Shown here: positions 27,336 through 34,416 of the stretch, piece by piece
Numbering within the stretch: the first letter of the stretch is position 1
Layout of the letters: every line of letters begins with the position of its first letter
Source: Gammaproteobacteria bacterium
GTDB lineage: Bacteria; Pseudomonadota; Gammaproteobacteria; UBA6429; Thiohalophilaceae
DNA length: 34,416 nucleotides
Assembly (NCBI GenBank): GCA_011052165.1
Contig: DRJN01000461.1
Coordinates: 1 to 34,416, forward strand
Direction of reading: 5' to 3'
Program-made: the position numbers and the translations under genes
The notes under the pieces: model-generated
The model's database searches: none
The model's input: the letters and a program-made list of their open reading frames with translations, nothing else
What the model was told of the DNA's origin: nothing

Positions 27336-28490
27336 ATGTTTGAATTAATGGATACCAACAGTCAGAGTGCCGTGATCAAGGTCATCGGCGTAGGCGGCGG
27401 CGGTGGTAATGCGGTCGAACACATGGTGCAACAGAGTATCGAAGGCGTGGATTTTATTTGCGCCAATACCGATGCCCAGGCCATTCGTAACACCACGGCG
27501 CGAACGGTGTTGCAACTGGGCAGCAATATCACCAAAGGACTGGGGGCCGGCGCCAATCCGGAAATCGGCCGCCAGGCCGCCATGGAAGATCGGGAACGGA
27601 TCCAGGAAGTGCTGGACGGCGCGGACATGCTCTTCATTACCGCCGGCATGGGCGGTGGCACGGGAACCGGCGGTGCGCCCGTAGTGGCCCAGATCGCCAA
27701 GGAAATGGGCATTCTTACTGTCGCCGTGGTGACTAAGCCGTTTCCCTTTGAAGGCAGAAAACGGATGGATGCCGCGACCAGCGGGATTGATGAATTGAAG
27801 CAGAATGTCGATTCGCTGATTACCATTCCTAATGAAAAACTGCTCAGCGTGCTGGGCAAGAACGTCAGTCTGCTGGATGCCTTCAAGGTAGCCAATGATA
27901 TTCTGCTGGGAGCGGTGCAGGGCATTGCCGAGCTAATCACCCAGCCGGGCATTATGAATGTCGATTTTGCCGATGTAAAAACCGTGATGTCGGAAATGGG
28001 GTTGGCGATGATGGGCACCGGTCAGGCCAATGGTGATGAGCGGGCGCGTGAGGCGGCGGAAATGGCGATTGCCAGCCCCTTGCTGGAGGATATTGATATT
28101 TCCGGTGCGCGCGGCATTCTGGTGAATGTGACCGCCGGGTTGGACATGACCATCGGTGAATTTGATGAAGTGGGTAACACGGTACGTGAATTCGCGGCAG
28201 AAAATGCCACGGTGATCGTCGGCACAGTGCTGGACCCTGAGTTGAACGGGGACATGCGGGTAACGGTGGTCGCCACCGGTCTGGGTCAGGAACGTGCGGG
28301 CGAACGACCGGAAGATAACGCCGTCAAACTGGTCATTGACAAGACCAGTAGCGGTGACGTGGATTATGGTCGGCTTGACCGGCCCACCGTGATCCGCAAC
28401 AAGGTCGCGGCAGAGAAGTATGGCGACACCGGTGAGTCGAGTATGGAATTTCTGGATATTCCGGCGTTTTTGCGGCGTCAGGCCGATTAG
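27336..28490 (+). CDS. ftsZ: Cell division GTPase FtsZ
   Basis: 384 aa with IKVIGVGGGGGNAV, the tubulin signature GGGTGTGGAP and the conserved C-terminal peptide DIPAFLRRQAD. GAGGAGGG lies about 8 nt upstream of the start. Confidence 0.97.
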   Translation: MFELMDTNSQSAVIKVIGVGGGGGNAVEHMVQQSIEGVDFICANTDAQAIRNTTARTVLQLGSNITKGLGAGANPEIGRQAAMEDRERIQEVLDGADMLFITAGMGGGTGTGGAPVVAQIAKEMGILTVAVVTKPFPFEGRKRMDAATSGIDELKQNVDSLITIPNEKLLSVLGKNVSLLDAFKVANDILLGAVQGIAELITQPGIMNVDFADVKTVMSEMGLAMMGTGQANGDERAREAAEMAIASPLLEDIDISGARGILVNVTAGLDMTIGEFDEVGNTVREFAAENATVIVGTVLDPELNGDMRVTVVATGLGQERAGERPEDNAVKLVIDKTSSGDVDYGRLDRPTVIRNKVAAEKYGDTGESSMEFLDIPAFLRRQAD

Positions 28491-28816
28491 AGAAATCCAC
28501 TCACTTATGCGCGCAAATAAAATGGCGCGGGTGTATCAAGTTTTGTGAGAAACAGACGCTCATAGGTTTACTTCTTAAGAAATTAGTCTATTTGTGCAGG
28601 GTAGAAATGTTCCGCCTGCAATCTCTCAGACGCCTAAGAACGGAAATCTGTGACAGAGAGCCTATTGCAGCAAGTTGCTGAAATAGGTGAAACTGTTATA
28701 TTATTACATTTTCATGAAGCTGCTATACTGGATAGTCGTATAAATAAGCAGTCTTATAGGTTTTGGCCTATGTTTTGCATAATAACCGTATAAGTAACAA
28801 TTAAGGATTCCGACAG

Positions 28817-29728
28817 GTGATAAGGCAGCGTACTCTAAAAAATGTCATCCGGGCAACCGGCGTAGGATTGCATACAGGTGAAAAGGTTTATTTAACGTTG
28901 CGACCCGCGGCACCCGATACGGGCATTGTTTTTAGACGCGTGGATCTGGATGAACCGGTGGATATTCCGGCCAGGCCGGAAAATGTCGGTGATACCACAC
29001 TCTCGACCTCGCTGGTAAAAGGCGACGTGCGTGTCTCAACGGTGGAGCATCTGCTGTCGGCTCTGGCGGGTCTGGGCATTGATAATGCCTATATTGATCT
29101 GAATGCACCGGAAGTCCCCATTATGGATGGCAGCGCCGGTCCCTTTGTGTTCCTGTTGCAATCCGCCGGCATCCATGAACAGTCTGCCCCCAAACGTTTT
29201 ATTCGCATCAAGCGTAAAATCAAGGTCAAAGATGGTGACAAGCATGTGAGCTTCGCACCTTTTAATGGTTTCAAGGTTTCCTTCACCATTGATTTCGACC
29301 ATCCGGCTTTCAAGGATCGCAACCAGACCGCTGAGGTGGATTTTTCAACCACCTCCTTTGTAAAAGAGGTCAGTCGTGCGCGCACGTTTGGTTTTATGAG
29401 CCAGATCGAGGCGTTGCGGGCGGACAACCTGGCCCTGGGCGGCAGTCTCGATAATGCGGTGGTGGTGGATGATTACCGGATTCTCAATGAAGATGGTCTG
29501 CGCTACGTGGATGAATTCGTAAAACACAAAATTCTGGATTCTATTGGCGATCTTTACCTTTTGGGACATAGTTTGATTGGCGCCTTCAATGGCCATAAAT
29601 CCGGTCATGCGTTAAATAACCGGCTGTTGCGGGAATTGCTCAGTCAGAAAGATGCCTGGGAAGAAGTCATTTTCGAAGATCCTGAAAAAGCGCCCATTTC
29701 ATTTATTCAGCCGGTTCAGGCAAGCTGA
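28817..29728 (+). CDS. lpxC: UDP-3-O-acyl-N-acetylglucosamine deacetylase LpxC
   Basis: 303 aa with a GTG start. The N-terminus (M)[23 protein letters not shown] is nearly identical to E. coli LpxC as I recall it. It also has [15 protein letters not shown] and [12 protein letters not shown]. Confidence 0.95.
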   Translation: MIRQRTLKNVIRATGVGLHTGEKVYLTLRPAAPDTGIVFRRVDLDEPVDIPARPENVGDTTLSTSLVKGDVRVSTVEHLLSALAGLGIDNAYIDLNAPEVPIMDGSAGPFVFLLQSAGIHEQSAPKRFIRIKRKIKVKDGDKHVSFAPFNGFKVSFTIDFDHPAFKDRNQTAEVDFSTTSFVKEVSRARTFGFMSQIEALRADNLALGGSLDNAVVVDDYRILNEDGLRYVDEFVKHKILDSIGDLYLLGHSLIGAFNGHKSGHALNNRLLRELLSQKDAWEEVIFEDPEKAPISFIQPVQAS

Positions 29729-29758
29729 AACCCATCAATCAACGAGCGTTTGAATATT

Positions 29759-29815
29759 GGGTAGGATGGGTAGAACGAAGTGCGAAGTCCAGAGGGAAAA
29801 CCCATCAATCAACCG
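29759..29815 (+). repeat. 47-nt intergenic repeat, copy 2, plus its CCCATCAATCAAC tail
   Basis: It matches the reverse complement of 9901-9947 at 43/47 positions. It lies between the convergent lpxC and DUF721 genes. Confidence 0.7.
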
Positions 29816-29818
29816 AGT

Positions 29819-30274
29819 CTATCGATTTCTCCTGCTGGCCAGCCTGTTCAACGCAGCTTTCAGCTCCTCATTGTCAATGGTGTCTGCGGTTGTACTGAGG
29901 CATTCGGCGGCTGACGCTGAAACATACCGGGGCAGAGGCGGTTCAGAAACCTTCTCTTGTACCGCAGGCTGTACCTGGATCTCGATTTTCTTTATGTCGC
30001 CAAAAACATGTGAATTATTCTGTAATTTCTGGAGTAATAGCGGGCTGAAATAGCGGGCACGGGAGGCCCAGGCAGCGGAATCGGCGGTGAGAACGAGGGT
30101 TTGTGCACGAATATTGGCGAGGCTGACGTGATTGGCCAGGGCCGGATCGAGCAGGTTGCGGAAGCTTTTGTCCAACTTCTGATTAACCCTGGCCTGTGTG
30201 ATCAGATCCGCAATATCACCTTTTTTTTGTGATAGAAACTTGTACAATTGACGGGGTGAATTCATACTTATCAC
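29819..30274 (-). CDS. DUF721-family protein (DciA-like, possible replicative-helicase loader)
   Basis: 151 aa, or 148 aa if the ATG at 30265 is used. The core LVLTADSAAWASRARYFSPLLLQKL fits the DUF721 pattern as I remember it. Its position between lpxC and secA matches the DUF721 gene position in Pseudomonas-like genomes. The assignment is from memory and was not searched. Confidence 0.55.
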   Translation of the reverse strand: MISMNSPRQLYKFLSQKKGDIADLITQARVNQKLDKSFRNLLDPALANHVSLANIRAQTLVLTADSAAWASRARYFSPLLLQKLQNNSHVFGDIKKIEIQVQPAVQEKVSEPPLPRYVSASAAECLSTTADTIDNEELKAALNRLASRRNR

Positions 30275-30360
30275 ATGGATAGAGCACTAAATTAATAATT
30301 TGCGTCGTAAAGCCGATACGTTATTGGGTACAGTAAGTTAACAAGGGCCATGTTGTCACT

Positions 30361-31290
30361 GTGAATATCGTAATAATGACACGAAAAAAAGGCTGTTCAG
30401 GGCTTTTAACACTGAGTCGGCACTGGATAACTATCATTATACTAAGTGTTTTTATTGCCTTGCCTGCCAGTTTTGTCGCGGTCGGTTACCAGATGGGCGT
30501 CTCCCACATGAGAACCAACCCGGATGATCTCCGTCTCGCCATGCAGGCGGAGATGGACTCCCAGCGGCTTGCGTTGAGCGAAGCCACGCGTACCGCAAAA
30601 GACAATATGGACGCCCTGGCTCTGCGCCTGGGTAAATTACAGGCCCATGTTATCAGACTTGATGCTCTGGGTCAGCGTTTGACGACCATGGCCAAACTGG
30701 ACAAGGGCGAATTTGATTTTGATCGTCCGCCGGCACGAGGTGGACCCCTGACCGATCCGGAGGCCGCCAAGTCAATAGGTGTCCCGGATTTTATGAAATC
30801 ACTGGAAGATTTATCCGCCCAACTGGATGATCGCGGCCAGCAGCTGGAGATCCTGGAAGACATGCTGATGAACCGCAACTTACAGTCTGAAGTGATTCCG
30901 GCCGGGCGGCCGATTACCAAAGGCTGGTTGTCTTCCTATTTCGGTATGCGCACCGATCCCTTCACGGGTCGCTGGACGCTTCATTCGGGGGTGGACTTTG
31001 CCGGTAAAATGGGATCGGACGTAATCAGTGTGGCGGCCGGGGTGGTGACGTTTGCCGGGTGGCGTTCAGGTTACGGTAATCTGGTTGAAGTGAACCACGG
31101 CAAAGGCTATGTCACCCGCTATGGGCATAACAGCAAGATTTTGGTGAAAGTAGGGGAAACCGTAAAAAAAGGCCAGGTGATTTCCAAAATGGGTACGACC
31201 GGGCGCTCAACCGGACCCCATGTGCATTTTGAAGTGCTCTACAATGGCCATGCCGTCGATCCCCTGAAATATATCCATGCTTCCCGCTAA
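30361..31290 (+). CDS. M23-family (LytM-domain) metallopeptidase with N-terminal TM helix and coiled coil
   Basis: 309 aa; the start is GTG 30361 or ATG 30376. It has a TM segment (ITIIILSVFIALPASFVAVGY). The LytM motifs are HSGVDFAG (HxxxD) and GPHVHFEV (HxH). Confidence 0.85.
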   Translation: MNIVIMTRKKGCSGLLTLSRHWITIIILSVFIALPASFVAVGYQMGVSHMRTNPDDLRLAMQAEMDSQRLALSEATRTAKDNMDALALRLGKLQAHVIRLDALGQRLTTMAKLDKGEFDFDRPPARGGPLTDPEAAKSIGVPDFMKSLEDLSAQLDDRGQQLEILEDMLMNRNLQSEVIPAGRPITKGWLSSYFGMRTDPFTGRWTLHSGVDFAGKMGSDVISVAAGVVTFAGWRSGYGNLVEVNHGKGYVTRYGHNSKILVKVGETVKKGQVISKMGTTGRSTGPHVHFEVLYNGHAVDPLKYIHASR

Positions 31291-31326
31291 CCTGGACCGA
31301 TTCTTTCAATCTCTTTGGGTTTAATA

Positions 31327-31347
31327 CCCCGTCCGCTTGCGGCGGGG
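31327..31347 (+). terminator. GC-rich stem-loop downstream of the M23 peptidase gene (possible terminator or REP)
   Basis: CCCCG(T)CCG-cttg-CGGCGGGG forms an 8-bp GC stem with one bulge, 37 nt after the stop. A weak T-containing tail follows (TGATTTAAC). Confidence 0.4.
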
Positions 31348-31553
31348 TGATTTAACATCTTCCTGACATATCCCGCCTTCATTTAGCGCGCTACCTATAT
31401 TCAATAAATTCGGTTTAAAAACCGGACAAAGCCTTTTTATCCCGTTAAAATAAGCAGTTTATATCGACCGCGATATGCGTATCGCAGTATCCCGGGATTC
31501 CTTAATCACAACTGGCCGGCAACAGGCGTTGGTCTAAAGCACTGGAAATTTTT

Positions 31554-34268
31554 ATGGCAGACAAGTTTTTCAAGAAGATCTTCGGCAGTCGTAATGAGCG
31601 CCTGATTAAACAGATGCGTAAGGTAGTGGTGCAGATTGGCAGTTATGAGTCCGATCTTCAGTCTCTGGGTGATGAGCAGTTGCAGGCGAAAACAGCCGAA
31701 TTTAAAGACCGGCTGGCGAAGGGGGAGACGCTGGACGATTTGCTACCGGAAGTTTTTGCAACGGTGCGCGAAGCCAGTGTGAGGGTGCTGGGTATGCGCC
31801 ATTTTGATGTGCAGATGATTGGCGGCATGGTGCTGCACCAGGGCAAGATTTCCGAGATGCGCACTGGTGAGGGCAAGACGTTGATGTCGACCTTGCCAGC
31901 CTACCTCAATGCCCTCTCAGACAAAGGCGTGCATGTTGTTACGGTCAATGACTACCTGGCTAAACGTGATGCGGAATGGATGGGGGAGGTCTTCAGTTTT
32001 CTGGGTATGCGTGTTGGCGTGGTCGTGCCGAATATGCCGTTCGAGGAAAAGAAGGATGCGTATGCCGCGGATATTACCTATGGCACCAATAATGAATTTG
32101 GCTTTGATTATCTGCGTGACAACATGGCTTTCAGCCATGAGGAACAGTTCCAGCGCGGGCAGAACTTTGCCATTATCGATGAAGTGGATTCAATCCTGAT
32201 CGATGAGGCGCGCACGCCGCTGATTATTTCCGGCCCGTCGGAAGACAGTTCCGATCTTTATCAGGCCATCAATGAGCTGGTGCCCAAACTGACAAAGCAG
32301 GAAGAAGAGGACGGACCGGGCGATTACTCGGTTGAGGAAAAAGACAAGCAGATCTACCTGACTGAAGCCGGGCATGAGAAAGTCGAACGCCTGCTGACGG
32401 AAGCTGGCTTGCTGGATGAAGGCGACAGCCTGTATAGCGCCGCCAACATAGGCAAGATGCATCACGTTAACAATGCCCTGCGCGCCCATATTCTGTTTCA
32501 GAAGGATGTGGACTACATCGTACAGAACGATGAAATTGTGATCGTCGATGAGTTTACAGGGCGCACCATGCAGGGTCGGCGCTGGTCAGACGGCCTGCAT
32601 CAGGCGGTGGAAGCGAAAGAAGGTGTGAGTATTCAGCAGGAAAACCAGACCGTTGCTTCGATCACCTTCCAGAATTATTTTCGCCTGTATGAGAAGCTTT
32701 CCGGTATGACCGGCACGGCCGATACCGAAGCCTATGAGTTTCAGCAGATCTATAATCTGGAAGTGGTGGTGATTCCGACTCATCGCCCGATGATCCGGAA
32801 GGACATGACCGACCAGGTTTATCTGACCCAGAAGGAAAAGTTTGCGGCTATTATTGAAGATATCAAGGATTGCCGGGCGCGTGAGCAGCCCGTGCTGGTG
32901 GGTACCACCTCGATTGAAGTTTCGGAGTACCTGTCCGGATTGCTGAAAAAAGCCGGCATACAACATGAAGTCCTGAATGCCAAACAGCATGAGCGTGAAG
33001 CCGATATTATCGCCCAGGCTGGTCAGCCCGCTGCCGTAACGATTGCTACCAATATGGCGGGTCGTGGTACCGATATTGTATTGGGCGGTAATCTTGATGT
33101 GGAACTGGCGGCGCTGGAAGCGCAGGGCAAGGCCGACGAAGTCACGATTAAAGGGCGGCATAAAGCCTGGGAAGCGCGCCACCAACAGGTCCTGGATAGT
33201 GGCGGCCTGCATATTATCGGTACTGAGCGGCATGAATCCCGGCGAGTTGATAATCAGTTGCGAGGCCGTGCCGGGCGTCAGGGTGATGCCGGTGCTTCCC
33301 GTTTTTATCTGTCGCTTGAAGACAACCTGATGCGTATTTTCGCCTCGGAACGGGTGGCCGGATTAATGCAGAAGCTGGGCATGGAAGAAGGTGAAGCCAT
33401 CGAGCATCCCTGGGTCAGCAAGGCCATTGAAAACGCCCAGCGTAAAGTTGAAGGCCATAACTTTGATATGCGCAAACAGCTACTGGAATATGATGATGTT
33501 GCTAACGATCAGCGCAAGGTTATTTATCAGCAGCGTAATGAATTACTGGCATCCAGCGATATTTCTGAAACCGTCAGGGCGATCCGTGCGGATGTCGTCA
33601 ATGAGGTCATCAGCAATTTTATTCCTCTGCAAAGCGTGGAAGAACAATGGGATGTGCCGGGACTGGAGGAATCGCTTGAAGCCGAGTTTGGTCTGAAACT
33701 GGATATAAAAGGCTGGCTGGAAGCTGACAGCAATATGGAGGAAGAACAGCTACGCGAAAAAATACTTCAGATGATGGAAGAACAGGCCATGGCCAAAGAA
33801 GAAACTGCGGGCGCCGAAGTTCTCCGGCACATTGAAAAGGCGGTTACCCTGCAGATTCTGGATAACCAGTGGCGGGATCATCTGGCATTGATGGATCAGT
33901 TGCGCCAGGGAATTCATTTGCGCGGCTATGCACAGAAAGATCCAAAGCAGGAATATAAACGCGAGTCCTTTGAGTTGTTTGCTGAAATGCTGGAACACAT
34001 CAAGCAAGAAGTGATTACTCTGCTCAGCCGGGTACAGATACAGAGTGAGGAAGATGTTGCCGCGATTGAAGCACAGCGTCGTCAGCAGCAACATGCTTCT
34101 GAAATGGAATTTCAGCATGCCGAGGTCAACGCCATGGCCGAAGAGGGTGATGGAGGGGGAGAAGCCGCCGCCACGCCCTATGTGCGTGAAGGCCGCAAGA
34201 TTGGCCGCAATGAACCTTGCCCCTGTGGTTCCGGGAAAAAATACAAACAGTGTCACGGGAAGCTGTAG
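31554..34268 (+). CDS. secA: Preprotein translocase ATPase SecA
   Basis: 904 aa with Walker A MRTGEGKT, the DEAD-like [28 protein letters not shown] and the C-terminal zinc-binding tail [14 protein letters not shown]. Confidence 0.97.
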   Translation: MADKFFKKIFGSRNERLIKQMRKVVVQIGSYESDLQSLGDEQLQAKTAEFKDRLAKGETLDDLLPEVFATVREASVRVLGMRHFDVQMIGGMVLHQGKISEMRTGEGKTLMSTLPAYLNALSDKGVHVVTVNDYLAKRDAEWMGEVFSFLGMRVGVVVPNMPFEEKKDAYAADITYGTNNEFGFDYLRDNMAFSHEEQFQRGQNFAIIDEVDSILIDEARTPLIISGPSEDSSDLYQAINELVPKLTKQEEEDGPGDYSVEEKDKQIYLTEAGHEKVERLLTEAGLLDEGDSLYSAANIGKMHHVNNALRAHILFQKDVDYIVQNDEIVIVDEFTGRTMQGRRWSDGLHQAVEAKEGVSIQQENQTVASITFQNYFRLYEKLSGMTGTADTEAYEFQQIYNLEVVVIPTHRPMIRKDMTDQVYLTQKEKFAAIIEDIKDCRAREQPVLVGTTSIEVSEYLSGLLKKAGIQHEVLNAKQHEREADIIAQAGQPAAVTIATNMAGRGTDIVLGGNLDVELAALEAQGKADEVTIKGRHKAWEARHQQVLDSGGLHIIGTERHESRRVDNQLRGRAGRQGDAGASRFYLSLEDNLMRIFASERVAGLMQKLGMEEGEAIEHPWVSKAIENAQRKVEGHNFDMRKQLLEYDDVANDQRKVIYQQRNELLASSDISETVRAIRADVVNEVISNFIPLQSVEEQWDVPGLEESLEAEFGLKLDIKGWLEADSNMEEEQLREKILQMMEEQAMAKEETAGAEVLRHIEKAVTLQILDNQWRDHLALMDQLRQGIHLRGYAQKDPKQEYKRESFELFAEMLEHIKQEVITLLSRVQIQSEEDVAAIEAQRRQQQHASEMEFQHAEVNAMAEEGDGGGEAAATPYVREGRKIGRNEPCPCGSGKKYKQCHGKL

Positions 34269-34329
34269 TAATATTTTTTCAACGCAAAGACGCCAACATA
34301 TTAATCATTGCATAAGTATTTTCACCATA

Positions 34330-34416
34330 GCCCCCTCTCCCTCCGGGATTTGGTCATGGATGACCTTATGTTGCGAAGCCCATGGATGGGCGAGAGCGAC
34401 GAGGGTTGGGGTGAGG
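34330..34416. repeat. Composite REP-like sequence truncated by the window end
   Basis: CCCCCTCTCCCTCCGGG ... GAGGGTTGGGGTGAGG resemble the two arms of a common proteobacterial REP type. They are interrupted by GGTCATGGATGACC and GCGAAGCCCATGGATGGGC, which share the core CATGGATG. The right arm is incomplete. Confidence 0.3.

Noticed and set aside
29757-30053. 98-aa plus-strand ORF downstream of lpxC.
   Set aside because: It begins inside the intergenic repeat and is otherwise antisense to the DUF721 gene. It has no motifs.
31291-31553. 263-nt region upstream of secA, checked for a secM-like leader ORF or a structured regulator.
   Set aside because: There is no ORF with a signal peptide or arrest motif. 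I found only short 5-6 bp hairpins (31410-31424 and 31470-31485). secM is restricted to enteric-type genomes, so its absence is expected.

Overview
This 34.4-kb chromosomal window appears to come from a non-enteric gammaproteobacterium. I infer that from the LpoA/YraN/DiaA - RsmI - rnpB - MraZ synteny and from murB sitting inside the dcw cluster; the species cannot be named without a search. All homology calls come from motifs read by eye, and no searches were run.

Layout:
(i) 236-4490, minus strand: a GlcD-family FAD-linked oxidase, a DiaA-like SIS protein, YraN and the lipoprotein LpoA.
(ii) 4600-5460: rsmI.
(iii) 5461-10048: accessory DNA between rsmI and rnpB, in two modules.
- Module 1 is a visibly AT-rich type II restriction-modification cassette. 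It has a C5-cytosine methyltransferase transcribed divergently from an HTH controller gene, which is coupled to a 362-aa putative endonuclease I cannot place in a family. Inverted copies of an intergenic repeat bracket it.
- Module 2 is a secreted protein that joins a degenerate metallophosphoesterase/5'-nucleotidase-like domain to a C-terminal tetrahaem c-type cytochrome module.
(iv) 10049-10386: RNase P RNA (rnpB).
(v) A complete, tightly packed dcw cluster (mraZ-rsmH-ftsL-ftsI-murE-murF-mraY-murD-ftsW-murG-murC-murB-ddl-ftsQ-ftsA-ftsZ), followed by lpxC.
(vi) A DUF721/DciA-like gene, an M23 peptidase and secA.

I saw no tRNA, rRNA, CRISPR array, transposase or integrase. Most of the window is ordinary core genome. 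The only stretch that might hold something new is the accessory region at about 5.46-10.05 kb, together with the GCGAAG...CCCA-type repeat family that marks every module boundary there. I did not find a clearly novel multi-gene system beyond that. Several longest-ORF starts in the supplied track are too far upstream, and I corrected them from conserved N-termini, ribosome-binding sites and stop/start overlaps.
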